NCBI RefSeq assembly: GCF_006345805.1
Contig: NC_043019.1
Span: forward strand, 29,573,360 to 29,637,359
From: Octopus sinensis
Lineage: Eukaryota
Direction of reading: 5' to 3'
DNA: 64,000 bases
The notes under the pieces were generated by a model. It saw only the letters and a list, made by a program, of their open reading frames with translations. It was not told where the DNA came from and made no database searches. The translations under genes were made by a program, and so were the position numbers. Shown here in pieces: positions 11,192-24,450 of the stretch. Every line of letters begins with the position of its first letter. The first letter of the stretch is position 1.

Positions 11192-12491
11192 ACTAAATCT
11201 CTCATCATTCTTGATCATTTTGAAAAGAAGCATTGAAATTGAAGTAAGACAGCTGAGAGAAAATACAAAGCATGTACTTTCAAGCACAAAACAAAGTGCA
11301 CAAGATTTTGGAGGGTTGCTTGCAGTACATAAACAAAAGAGCAGTGCCTAGCTTGAATTGTTCTCAAACTTGAAGAATAGTACGAAGCTGGAAAATGGTA
11401 CATTCCAAATTGTTGAATTCTTTATGCAGCTTTGGACATGTTCCAAATGCCTAGGTGTACCTATGATCAAGAAACCAGAGATCAATTCAAAAGAAAACCA
11501 AGCATTGTCATACCTTTTCAGTATTGAGAAATGCTTTCAACATACTGAAAAATCATTGTTTAACATCAGCTTTCCATACTTGCATAGGTCAAATAATTTA
11601 TCAAGGTAGATTTTCTACAGCTGGATACTCTTCCTGTTGCCAACCCTCACCTGCTTTCCCTGTGGCCAGATATGATTTTCACTGGAGACTGGAAACAAAC
11701 AGCATCATTTGTGTGTTGGTGATGCTTCTTTATAACCATGGGTTCGAGACAAAGGTACACACACACATGCACATAATAGCCTTCTTTTGGTTTCTGTCAC
11801 AAAGATTTGGTCAACCCAGGGCTTCAGAAGACACTTGCCCAAGGTGCCACGCTGTAGAACTGAACCTGAAACTATTAGGTGGGGAAGCAAACTCCTTACC
11901 ACACAGACAGCCACACCTGATCTTATGTACACAAAAAATAAAAATTCATTTTGAGTCTCATGGTACAAGACATTTTGAAAATTAAAATCATAACACAGTG
12001 TAACAGTTTCACAACTATATTCCACTACCATCTCCCCACAAAAATGTGAAGCAACTCTTTAATGGAAATAGCCAGTCTGAAGATAGTGAGAAAAATAACA
12101 AATAAATCTAAACAGAAATAAACATCACGGCAAGTTTAATTCAGAATGTCTAGAAGGAAAATGGAATCTCACACATCCTAGAAAAATTCAATTAAACAAC
12201 TTTAAGAGAGAGAAAAAAAAACTTCATGCGATTTTCTTTAAAATTATCCACATGGGTGCAAGCATAGCTACATGGTTAAAAAGTTTACTTTGCAGCCACA
12301 TGGTTCCATGTTTAATCTCAATGTGCAGCACCTTGGGCAAGTATCTTCTACTATAGCCTTGGGTTGACCAATACTGCATGAGCGGCAGATAAAAAAACTG
12401 TACTGAAGCCTGTCTCGTGCATACACATGTTATGTGTTTATGTGTGCTTACACTGGTTCAGAATAAAATATTATCTCATGTACTTTTTACA

Positions 12492-12656
12492 GGTGCATGA
12501 GTGGCTGTGTGGTAAGTAGCTTGTTTACCAACCACATGGTTCCGGGTTCAGTCCCACTGCATGGCACCTTGGGCAAGTGTCTTCTACTATAGCCTCGGGC
12601 CGACCAAAGCCTTGTGAGTGGATTTGGTAGACGGAAACTGAAAGAAGCCCATCGTA

Positions 12657-12735
<79 letters not shown>

Positions 12736-12975
12736 GTGTGTGTGTGTGTTGTGTGTGTGTGTGTTCGTGTGTCTGTGTTTGTCCCCCTATCATTGCTTGA
12801 CAACCGATGCTGGTGTGTTTATGTCCCCGTTACTTAGCGGTTCGGCAAAAGAGACCGATAGAATAAGTACTGGGCTTCCAAAAGAATAAGTCCTGGGGTC
12901 GAGTTGCTCGATTAAAGGCGGTGCTCCAGCATGGCCGCAGTCAAATGATTGAAACAAGTAAAAGAGTAAAAGAGT
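12492..12975 (+). mobile_element. composite tRNA-SINE type B, full length
   Basis: GGCTGTGTGGTAAG head, GGTTCAGTCCC B-box, CCTTGGGCAAGT CORE-like motif, (TA)n(TG)n hinge, (AAAAGAGT)n tail. Confidence 0.92.
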
Positions 12976-14160
12976 ATTCTTGCAGTTTGACCAACAAGGA
13001 TCAATAAGATACGTATCAAAACTGATAAATACTAACATCAAAATGATTAACTAAAGTGACTCTAGTATGGCCACAGTCCAATAATTGAAAGCAGTAAAAT
13101 AATAACAGAATTTAATAAAATTATGTCAAGAGAAACAGAAAGAAAACAAAATCACTGGAGCAAAGAAAAAAAACTAAAAAGAGCCATTAAGATTAGTATT
13201 TTGCTAACTAACAATAGAAAACATTTCATCACTGTTTTCTTGTTAAAAGGCTACAAAGAATAAAACAGTATGACTATTTAGATTTTCGTTAGTAGCAAGT
13301 GTTTTATTAGCTAAATTACTATATATAGATTGTGAATCAGTACAAACTAATAACATAACACTTAGTGGCAGAAGATAAAAATAACAGAAAATGGAATTCA
13401 AGCAGTTTGAACTACAGAAGAGATTTAATTCAACTTTAGCCAAATAGTTATGTTGTTAATGAATAAAGCACATGTACAACACACACACAAACACACACAC
13501 ACACACAGATAGATAGAAAAGAATAAAATAGAATAGAACAGAAGAAAAACTGAATAAATAGTTAGTTATTCGACACAAACCAAGAGAATTTACATGAACA
13601 TGAAGCCAAAGAATATAAAAATGAAAGACATAAATGAAAAAAAAAATGAGAATATTTGTAAAATAAACATGAAAGTTTACTTAGATTTACACTTTCTTCT
13701 AACATCATAAAGCTTTCCATGTTCTGCTTTTTTTTGTTTATTTTGCATATTTTATTTTATTAAATACTTTAGTCACTAATGTATGACGCTTTTGACAGTG
13801 AAAGTAGTGCACAGCTACTGCTTATCATGCAACCAAAGAATGGTTGCTTAAAGTAAAAAAATTTTTTTTTTATTACTTTTGGTCATTAGACTGCAGTTAT
13901 GCTGGGGCTCCACCTTGAACAAGGTTTTAAGTCAGACGAATTGAACCCAGGACTTATTTTTCGTTTTTTAAGCCTGGTACTTATTCTATTGGTTTCTTTT
14001 GCCAAACTGCTAAGTTACAGGGACAGAAATACACCAATACCAATTGTGTGGTAGTGGTAGAGGAGGAGACACACACACATATATATACATACAATGGGCT
14101 TCTTCGAGCTTCCATCTTTCAAATCCACTAGCAAGTCTTTGGTCAGCTTGGGGCTATAAT

Positions 14161-14301
14161 GGAACATTTACTTTTGATTTGAGAAATGCAGGGAATAATT
14201 AACGAGTTAGACCAAGTGAATGACAAGAGAGAGGGGTTTTCATGAAAGACCAAATATGCTTGACTATCACTATGACCTGGCGTTGCCGGGTCTAGTGCTA
14301 G
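14161..14301 (+). mobile_element. Helitron 3' terminal fragment
   Basis: Hairpin GACCTGG-CGTTG-CCGGGTC followed by TAGTG-CTAG|T (CTAG at 14298-14301). The 5' boundary is uncertain. Confidence 0.6.
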
Positions 14302-14372
14302 TCCAATATAAAAAAAGTTAAACATTTAAATCAGTTATTTTTTCTTAACAACTGGATAAAAATTACATTTAA

Positions 14373-14582
14373 CCCCTTAGCATTTAAACTGGCCATATCC
14401 AGCCAAAATTTTCCATTTGCTTTATGTTCAAAACTAACCAGGCCCTCATACCTATAATGTTATTCTACATTAAACAATCACCATCATCGAAATCTCAAGC
14501 ATATGGGATAATGCATGATTAATTCAAAACAATGTGAATCAATAAGCATTAAGTTTGATAGAATAACCTGAACACCAAAGGG
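14373..14582. mobile_element. piggyBac-type MITE
   Basis: TTAA|CCCCTTAGCATT ... ACCAAAGGG|TCAA; inverted homologue of 5373-5593. Confidence 0.75.
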
Positions 14583-14723
14583 TCAAGTCAAATGATCCGA
14601 CAATATTATTTATTTTATAGGTGTGGGCATGTCTGTGAGGCTGAGAAGCTTCCTTTTCAACATAAATACTCAGTCCCACTGCATGACAACTTGAGCAAGT
14701 GTCTACTACAGCATATACATACA

Positions 14724-14754
<31 letters not shown>

Positions 14755-14959
14755 AACCATGTTGTGACATCATGTTATGGTTGTAAATAAGCATCACCAT
14801 CAAAGAAGTGTGTGTTCATTTCCAGTCTTCCATGGAAAACAAATCTGGCCATGGAGAAATGTCTTGCTTGGAAACAGGTGAGGGTTGGTGACAAGAAGGG
14901 CATCCAGCTGTAGAAAACTGCCTCAACAAATTCTGTCTGACCTATACAAGCATGGAAAA

Positions 14960-15174
14960 CTTTTTACTCTTTTACTTGTTTCAGTCATGTAACTGTGGCC
15001 ATGCTGGAGCACCGCCTTTAGTCGATCAAATCGACCCAAGGACATATTCTTTGTAAGCCTAGTACTTATTTTATCGGTGTCTTTTTTGCCGAACCGCTAA
15101 GTTACGGGGACGTAAACACACCAGCATCGGTTGTCAAGCGATGTTGGGAGGACAAATACAGACACACAAACACG

Positions 15175-15205
<31 letters not shown>

Positions 15206-15373
15206 ATATATACGACAGGCTTTTTTCAGTTTCTGTCTACCAAATCCACTCACAAGGCTTTGGTTGGCCCGAGGCTATAGTAGAAGACACTTGCCCAAGG
15301 TGCCACGCAGTGGGACTGAACCCGGAACCATGTGGTTCGTAAGCAAGCTACTTACCACACAGCCACTCCTACG
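14960..15373 (-). mobile_element. composite tRNA-SINE type B, full length
   Basis: Near-identical reverse complement of 12492-12975. Confidence 0.92.
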
Positions 15374-16249
15374 AAAAGTAGACATTATATGATGATGATT
15401 ACATTGGTCAAATACAAGAGGTTGCTTTAATCACTTAGAGTCATCCCACAAATCTTGTGGCCTGATACCAACTGATACCAGAAATCAAAATTCAAGAGGA
15501 ATGAAAGAATTGGTAGTGTGGTGAACAAAATAGCTTTATCTTTTATTTCTTATTTGTTTCAGTCATTGTCTGCGACCATGCTGGGGCACTGCCTGGAAGG
15601 GTTTTAGTTGAACTAATCAACCCCAGTATTTATGAATTTTAAAATCTGCTATTTATTTTATCAGTCTCTTTTGTCACACTGCTTACATTATAGGATATAA
15701 ACAAACCAACATTGGTTGCCAAATGGTGGATGGCAGACAGACAGACAGACACACAAACACGATATGTTCCTTTCAGTTTCCATCTACCCAATCCACTCAC
15801 ATGTCTTTTGGTCAGCTCACAGCTATAGTAGAAGACACCTGCCAAAAGTATCAAACGGGTATTGAACCCGAAACTATGTGGTTAGAAAGCAAACAGCATG
15901 CAGCCATACCTAGCAGTATTTAGTTACAGCTTTTACACACTGATTTCAATATTCACCAAGGTCGACATTTAACTTCAATCCTTCTCGTGTCAAAAAAGTT
16001 AAGTAACAGTCAAAAACTGAGACATTAATGTAAATAATGCCCACCCCCACCCCCTCACAATGAGCGGCTTTGTGCCTCTGTTAGCAATCAATATTCAACT
16101 GCATTTGGAAAGCTCATACAAATTCTAAAATGAAAGCAATTGTTAAATAGCTATCATTTACAGATTGACAACAAAACAGCATTGAAATACACACAGATCA
16201 TCTTACATTTAACAGCCACTTTACCATGTTTATACATTACATATATAGA

Positions 16250-16529
16250 CATTATCTATACACACACATGCATATACACATGCATATATATATACATACA
16301 TACATACATACATACATACATACATACATGCCGGTGATTTACTCATCATCTAGTTATACGTTTTGTATAACTTCTCCATTATTACATTATATAAATACAC
16401 ACATACATAAATAAATATATATATATATAATGTACACATACATAGATATACACACACACATATATATATACACACACATACAAACAGATACACACATATA
16501 TATATATACACATACATATACATGTACAC

Positions 16530-16562
<33 letters not shown>

Positions 16563-16670
16563 CACACATACATATATACACACACATATATATATATATA
16601 CACACATATACATATATATACATATGCATGTGTGTGTGTGTGCGCACATACATACAAATATATGCACACT
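16250..16670. repeat. compound (TACA)n/(TA)n/(CA)n microsatellite
   Basis: Directly visible. Confidence 0.95.
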
Positions 16671-16992
16671 CACATTAAAGCAGTTTTATTCAACTGCTGA
16701 TTATCAAGAAAAAAAAGTTTTCTTCTAAAAATTCTCTACAGATATATATATATGCATGTGTGTGTTTATATTATACATACATAACGAGCAAAATGCTACA
16801 TCCACATCCAATAGCAATCAATTCAGTGTACTTCTTTGCAAGAAATGTATTTGAGATCATGCTATAAATAAAATAACTAATACATATGCTGATTCATGAT
16901 CGATGACATTTGAATAGGCAGAGAAAAATAGTGGCAAAGATGGATGGGTCTAAATGAGAAACCAATCATTACACAATCAATTATTACTTTTA

Positions 16993-18519
16993 CTAGCAGC
17001 ATCGCCCGGCGTTGCTCGGGTTTGTTTCGACCCTTTAGAATTGGAATTTTTCAAAAGTAAAAATTTTGCATTATGTAGCTTGTTATTCTCTTTAAGTGAA
17101 CATTTTTCTGGTTGAAATACACCGAAAGATGTCGACACAGCAGTCAAAAAAATCGTAAAAAATAGGGATTTTCATAGAAAAAAAGCACCTTTTTGATGTA
17201 AATAATTTTTTGTCTTAACATGGTCCGATTTGAATTTTACCTTCTACGGAATGAAGAGCAAGCCTTCTTCTATCATACTCTCAATTTTAGTCAACTTGTG
17301 CTGCAGGGTCTCGGAGGAGATAGTGTTAGTTGAAGGCTACCAAACCTGCCACACGCAGATAATAAGCTTTATATATATACTAGCAGTACCGCCCGGCGTT
17401 GCTCGGGTTTGTTTCGACCCTTTAGAATTGGAATTTTTGAAAAGTAAAAATTTTGCATTATGTAGCTTGTTATTCTCTTTAAGTGAACATTTTTCTGGTT
17501 GAAATACACAGAAAGATGTTGACACAGCAGTAAAAAAATCGTAAAAAATAGGTATTTTCATAGAAAAAAAGCACCTTTTTGATGTAAATAATTTTTGGTC
17601 TTAACATGGTCCGATTTGAATTTTCTATCATACTCTCAATTTTGGTCAACTTGTGCTGCAGGGTCTCGGAGGAGATAGTGTTAGTTGAAGTCTACCAAAC
17701 CTGCCACACGCACACAACTTCAGCTTTATATATATACTAGCAGTATCGCCTGGCATTGCTTGGGTTTGTTTCGACCCACTGGAATTGGAATTTTTGAAAA
17801 GTAAAAAATTTGCATTATGTAGCTTGTTATTCTCTTTAAGTGAACATTTTTCTAGTTGAAATACACTGAAAAATGGCAACACACAGTAGTCAAAAAAATC
17901 ATAAAAAATAGGGGTTTTCATAGATAAAAAAAGCACCTTTTTTTTTTATTAATTTTTGTCTTAACATGGTCCGATTTGAATTTTATCTTCTATGGAATGA
18001 AGAGCAAGCCTTCTTCTATCATACTCTCAATTTTGGTCAACTTGTGCGGCAGGGTCTCGAAGGAGATAGTGTTAGTTGAAGGCTACCAAACCTGCCGCAC
18101 ACAGACAATCAGCTTTATATATATACTAGCAGTATCGCCCGGCATTGCTCGGGTTTGTTTCGACCCTTTAGAATTAGAATTTTTGAAAAGTAAAAATTTT
18201 GCATTATGTAGCTTGTTATTCTCTTTAAGTGAGCATTTTTCTAGTTGAAATACACTGAAAAATGGCAACACAGCAGTCAAAAATTTCATAAAAAATAGGG
18301 ATTTTCATAGAAAAAAAAACACCTTTTTGAAGTAAATAACTTTTTGTCTTAACATGGTCCGATTTGAATTTTATCTTCTACGGAATGAAGAGCAAACCTT
18401 CTTCCATCATACTCTCAATTTTGGTCAACTTGTGCCGCAGGGTCTCGGAGAAGATAGTGTTAGTTGAAGGCTACCAAACCTGCCACACACAGACAACTTC
18501 AGCTTTATATATATATATA
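16993..18519 (-). mobile_element. head-to-tail array of four non-autonomous Helitrons (units start at 16993, 17380, 17737, 18126)
   Basis: Each unit begins on the plus strand with A|CTAG followed by the palindrome CCCGGCGTTGCTCGGG, which is a Helitron 3' hairpin+CTAG on the minus strand. Each ends CAGCTTTATATATA. Lengths are 387, 357, 389 and about 394 bp. Confidence 0.85.
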
Positions 18520-20499
18520 ATTATTATTACTACTACTATTATCATTATTATTATGAAAGCAGCAAGCTGGCAGAATCACCAGGCAAATTGCTTAGCAGTA
18601 CTTCATCCATCTTTACATTCAGAGTCCAAATTCTGCCAAGGTTGACTTTGCCATTCATCCTTTCAGGGTCAATAAAATAAGTACCAATCGAACACTAGGG
18701 TCAATGTAATCAGCTTATCCCCTCGCCAAAATTGCTGGCCTTGTGCCAAAATTTGAAATTATCATTATTATTATTATATTGAACAGAGGAAGTACAATAT
18801 GTAAAAAAACTAATTAGAGTATTCTTTCCTCAATAAAAAATATTTAACACTAAACACCCTTATGCTTAACACATTCAAACCATTCTACCCAGTCTATCCT
18901 CCCCAGAATATCACCCTCTGAAAATCCATATCTTTCTATGTATTTTTATTTTTCCTGCTGCTGTCAGTTTGCAGTCGTTCAGTAAGAAAATCAACCACAT
19001 TGATCGCACTAGTCTTAGCAGGCCTGCAAAAAAGCTATGGGCACAACTGCTTCTTTGTAATAAAACCATAAAAAAAAAAAAAAAGAATAATATACCTCTC
19101 TTTCTATTCTGTTCCCCGGCAAGCCACTTGTCAGCTTCCTTTTTTTCTTTAGTTCATGTAATAAACACATCAATTTCTCACCTCTCTGTTAGTCTTCTCA
19201 TTCACTGAAGGACAACTGTTCAAGCACACAGACAATTTTATATTCTCTTTTTCTTCAGGAGACACATATATGCACTGTTGTTTTTTTTTTCTTATATTTC
19301 ACTCATAAAAAAACATCAGTCCTAGTTTCCAAAGTTTAACCAGCTACTTTAGACTTGCTCTACTCCAGTCACATAAACTTTATATGTTTTTTTCATGTCC
19401 TCTGTCTCATCTGTACTGTATTAATCACTAACAACTACATCTAATGGTTGTTGAAGCTTACAAGTGGTACCATCCACAGGTACAGAAACCACAAAGATCA
19501 ATGAAGGGTATTTTTCATTTACTCCATCTATTATGTATAATCATTTATGCTGAATTTCTTTCACACACACACATACACACCTGTATATAACAAATGTTAG
19601 AGACAGACAATGTAATATACAAGAAACTTTATTGATCACAACGATAATTTCAAATCATCTTGCATCAATTCCTTGTGGATGGGATACTGTACAACTGGTT
19701 GTGGTGCATCATACATGCATGTATGTATGTCATCATTTTAATATCCCTTTTTCCATGCTTGCATGCATCAGGTAAAATTTATTGAGGCAGATTTTCTATG
19801 CATGGATACCCTTCCTGTTGCAAACCATTACCTGTTTCCAAGCAAGGGAATATTTCCCCCATGGCTAGACATGTTTTGGCAGCATATTGGAAATGAATTA
19901 CATTCATTTATAACAATCACACAATGTCAAGACCAGGAGACACAAACATATGTACATACACACTTTTATACATGCATATGGCAGGATTCTTTCAGTTTAC
20001 ATCTACCAAATCCACTCACAAGGATTTGGTTAGACAAGGATAATAGTAAAAGACTCATCCAAGGTGTCACATAGAGGAACTGAATCTGAAATCCTGTATT
20101 GAAGTAAACATTTTACCACATCTCTGCCTATGTTTTACACACACACACAAAGATTGGCTCTAGGAAGGACACCCAACCATAAAAACTATGTCAAAACAGG
20201 ACTCGCTAGTACTGGTGCCATGTGAAAAGCACCCAGAATAATCTGTAAAGTGGTTGGTGTTAAGAAGGGCATCCAGCCATACCAAGACAGACAGAGGAGC
20301 TTGTGCAGTCCTCTAGCTTGCCAGCTCCTGTCAAGCCATCCAACCCATGCCAGCATAGAAAATGGATGTTAAATGATGTCAGATCATCATCATTGTCATT
20401 ATTATTATCCTAATTATCATTATCACCATCACCATTGTTGTTGTTATCACATATAAAAGTACATGTACACTGTTAGCATGTATAATATACATCTCGATC

Positions 20500-20740
20500 T
20501 TGAGGCCTAAATTGTCTTCAAAACTTCATAATACTATGTATAATGTGTAGTGTTGCACAACTGCTACAAGAATAGATAATATACTATAATCCAATATATT
20601 AGGTTTTAATATTTCATTTTATAAAAGACATATTGTTAAATAATAAATTATCCAAAAGATAAAGCTTTATTACATTGTATTTCTTCTTAATGAAAGTAGA
20701 CAGAGAAATATTTTTTTGCAGACTAACACCATATATTATA
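20500..20740 (+). repeat. unclassified interspersed repeat (second copy at about 63690-63940)
   Basis: Shared AGTGTTGCACAACTGC...GATAAT..ACT..AATCCAATATAT...AACTTTATTAC...TTTTGCAG blocks. Confidence 0.7.
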
Positions 20741-20887
20741 TGCATATCAAATTTACATATTGATTTTTGCAGGAAAAAGTGCATATCATACATAGAATTT
20801 TATGGTGTACACATGACTATAAACTAACATTAACTGAAAAAAAGAAACTAAATATATAATGCAACATCAAATATTAACTTATTTTAA

Positions 20888-21087
20888 CCCTTCAGCATTC
20901 AGATTACTCTGTTGAATGTAATGCTTATTTGTTCACATTGTTTCAAATCTATCATGGCTTATCTCATAGCTTCAAGATTTCGTTGATGCGATTGTTTATT
21001 TTTCAAGTGACATTGTAGAGTAGGTGTGAGAGGTTAGATCTGGCTGGTTTGGTGGGCCAGATATGGTCAGTTTAAATGCTGAAGAGG
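20888..21087. mobile_element. piggyBac-type MITE
   Basis: TTAA|CCCTTCAGCATTCAGATTACTCTG; homologous to 5373-5593, with a degenerate right end. Confidence 0.7.
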
Positions 21088-21159
21088 TGAGATAATTGAT
21101 TCCAATTTCTAAGTTTGCCGAGGAAGGTTTATCAAAGGATAGCTGTATAAAGAAGTGTT

Positions 21160-21310
21160 GCATCCTCAAAAGAAATGCAAACTGCAGAAGTTCTCTTCTC
21201 AAGAAAGACTTGGGACAAAGTGGTGAAGACAGAATTGAAGCTAAGCTGTTGCATTTTACAGAAACATGATAAAAGACCATAAGGATTGGCAGAAGAAGAC
21301 TCACCTATCA
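21160..21310 (+). mobile_element. RTE LINE ORF2 C-terminal fragment (decayed)
   Basis: Reads KKTWDKVVKTELK..., resembling the RTE GRPxKTWxxVVxxDL motif. Confidence 0.5.
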
Positions 21311-24130
21311 AGGTATGGTATGGTGAAACAAATCTTGTCTATGCACTTGTGCATGTGTAGGCTTGTACATTTAAGTATACACTTTATTATGCACATGTGA
21401 ACATCTGCATGTGGGTGTGTATGCACAAACATGTATACTATCAAGGTTATATCTTTGACCTCCTTGATAGCTTCCCATCTCTCAAACACACCTATCATTC
21501 AACCTTCTATCACTTATCACACATCTCTCTTATCGTTCAACAGTCTACCACCCCACCACTACCACATCCCTATCACCCTTGCCTTTATCACTCATGCCTC
21601 TAGTGTACATGCTCCTGCTCTTCTCAATACTATGTTGCTGATGTGACTAAGGGTAGCAGTAGATCTCTTCAGCTCATTGTGCATTACTTCCAGTGTAAAT
21701 AGGAATGCCATGAGATGTGTCAGACACTCTCATTAAAACTTTACCCACCTCCTCTCAACCCTATCATCCTAGCTCCCTCACCATCTTGAAGAATATATTT
21801 GAAATTTCAGTCTTACATGTCTTTCATACACTCATTTTATACACCCTACTGATCATCTGGTACCAGCATCTAGGATTCACTCACCATTTATCCATTCCTA
21901 GCTCTATCTCACACCAATCTTTTCTTGTACTGGGGCCACAACCACTTTGTAAAGTGGTTGGTGTTAGGAAGGGCACCTAGCTATGGAAGCCCAACTAAAA
22001 ACGAAATGTACACCAGAGATGTGGTTCCCTGATCCATCCAGTAAAGTAGAAATGACCCACCTAACTCATGTCAGCATGGAAAATAGACATAAGATGACAA
22101 TGTCATGCAAATACACGTGTTGCCTGGTGTGCAGGTGTACAATATATACAGTTTTTCTTTTGTTTAATCAAACCTATGATCAAAGGCTATCCCAATGTAA
22201 CCACCGCTTACTTTTTTTTTTGGTAATTGTATCTATTATTCCATGTATGTATCTTTTTTAACTCTTTCATTGCAAAATTAAATTTCTTGGTTATTCCAGA
22301 AAAACAGAGTTCGTATTTTCTGCATGTCACGTTGCCTCAGTAAATTTGACATATCTTGACAAAAAAATAGTTTGAAACATGACATTCCTCAACAAAACTG
22401 CTTTCTGCAGTCAAGGGTAATGAAATTTTGAGTAGATATATCTGATTTCCACAGTAAAAGGGTTTAAAAAATACAAAAAATTTTTAAATGGTAGGGAAGA
22501 AGCAATAGGGAGTAATCTGAAGAATAGTTGACTGCTCTTCATACTGAGCTGAGCAATCACACAGTAGCTTCATTCTTAGGTTCAATATACAATAAGAGAG
22601 AGAGAGAGAGAAGTATAAGAGATACCTCACATAATAGACTGTGATAAATAACATATCTTATTATTCAAGTGGCACTAACAAGTGTGGAAACAAAGCTGTT
22701 TATAAACATATATTTTATATAATTGTTATAGACGAAATACTTTTTCATACTATGTTTGTTTTTGTTTTTCTTTCCTTTAAAATGAAATCTATTTTCAGTT
22801 GTCTATATAACAATGATTTGACGTAAACACGTTTTTATCTACTTTTTTTTCTTTTTACATATATTTTTCCTGTCTTCTTTAAATTTTATTTCATCTGTTT
22901 AAAACTGGAAATTTTTCAAGTATCTAAATATACTTGATGTGAAATGATGATTAAGCAATCAATACATTTTCTTGTTTTGCTTTATGCTTTATTTTTTTTT
23001 GTTTATTGCTTGTTTGTTGTTTGTTTATTTTGTTGTTTATATTGTTTTGTTCCAGTTTTTTTGTCTATGTCGCTTGATTAAACAATGATATCAACCAACA
23101 GAAAAAAATCTTTGTTTACAATACGAATAATTATGAAAAATTAACATTTCTGCAATAATCATTGTGTGTATGTACCACTTCTTTTTCTCTCCTGCAAAAA
23201 TCAGATCATATCCACAATTTTTTTTTTTTTTAATAATTTTTTAATATTAATTCATTAAAGGGCAATGAAGCAATGACATATACCATTGTGCACAAGACTA
23301 ATTGCCTATTGGGAATAATTATTTACCAAACAGCATCTAGCATCAACCCTCTTTCAAGTTCCAATTCTGAGTGAGTTAATTTTGTGATTTTTATTTCTTT
23401 CTAGTATTGAGGCCCAATTTAGCTGATCGGTTTAACATCCATTCCGATCAAAAAAATCAGCCAAGAGACAAAGAAAGGAATCGATATTGATTTATAGAAT
23501 TATTAGCACAATGACCAAGTCAGGAAAATGACTGAAGAGTGTCTGAGATAATTTGATCTGAAAGAAAGAGCAGCTAGATCTCAAAGAACGTTAATCTAGA
23601 TAATGTACTCTTGGTAAAATTTATACACTAAAAAGCAATGGGATGATCGTGGCTTAACACTTTAGTATGTAAACTGGTCATATCCAGCCCAAATATTCTA
23701 CCTGCTTTATGTTCAAACCAGCCAGATTTGACCTCTTACACCTACCCTGAAATGACATTCTAAAAATAAACAATTGCACCATTGAAATCTCAAAGCTACA
23801 AGATAAGTCTATGACTAATTCAAAACAATGTAAGTAAATAAGCATTAAATTTGAGAGAGTTATTTGAATCCTAAAAGTTTAAAATCTTTGATCATACATT
23901 TGCTCAGTCAGAGCTGACACAGAACATGCATATAGGTTCTGTTGACCTAATTTCACTCACAAGATTTAAATAAACCAGGGGGCTACAGAGGAAGACACTT
24001 GCTCAAGGTGTCCCACACAGCTGGATCATACTCAGAACTAGATCAACATAAAGTGAACTTTTTAATCACATGGCCAACAAAGTCAGAATGGTGTGCTTGC
24101 CAAAGAAACTTCTAAACCACACTTCAGACC

Positions 24131-24450
24131 ATGCCACCCAGTTCCATCCATCCATTCGTCTTCACCCACTAGTCCTGGTAGAGTCCTCAGAAGCAAATCT
24201 CATTAGCCTTTTCAGATGGATTCCCAAGCCTGACCAACTGAGACTATGGATATTATACAACCATCTCATTGTAGGCCTACCACTAGGTCTCCTGCCGGTT
24301 AACTTGACTTGAGACATCTACCTTGCACGTCTTTCCTGTAACTTTCTATTCGTATGTCCATAGTACCAGAGCTGTGATCTCTCAATATGAAGTAGCAGCT
24401 GCTTGACCTGGAGAGACTCTCCAATCTCTTGAGCTATGCAGCCTAATGAG
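24131..24450 (-). mobile_element. RTE-clade (Rex3/Expander-like) LINE 3' fragment
   Basis: Minus-strand translation: QVKQLLLHIERSQLWYYGHTNRKLQERRAR*MSQVKLTGRRPSGRPTMRWLYNIHSLSWSGLGI; (GGAT)n tail. Confidence 0.85.

Noticed and set aside
16993-18519. CRISPR-like or coding tandem array (repeated MNF..GMKSKPSS ORFs)
   Set aside because: Units are 357-394 bp full-length repeats with no unique spacers and no cas genes. The repeated ORFs merely follow the Helitron unit.
18934-19022. Minus-strand terminal exon PAKTSAINVVDFLTERLQTDSSRKNKNT*
   Set aside because: Plausible acceptor, but no donor, no upstream partner exon and no recognised homology.
23261-23370. 110-nt open segment ending in a GTGAGT donor
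   Set aside because: Weak AAG acceptor, unrecognised peptide, and not linkable to other candidates.
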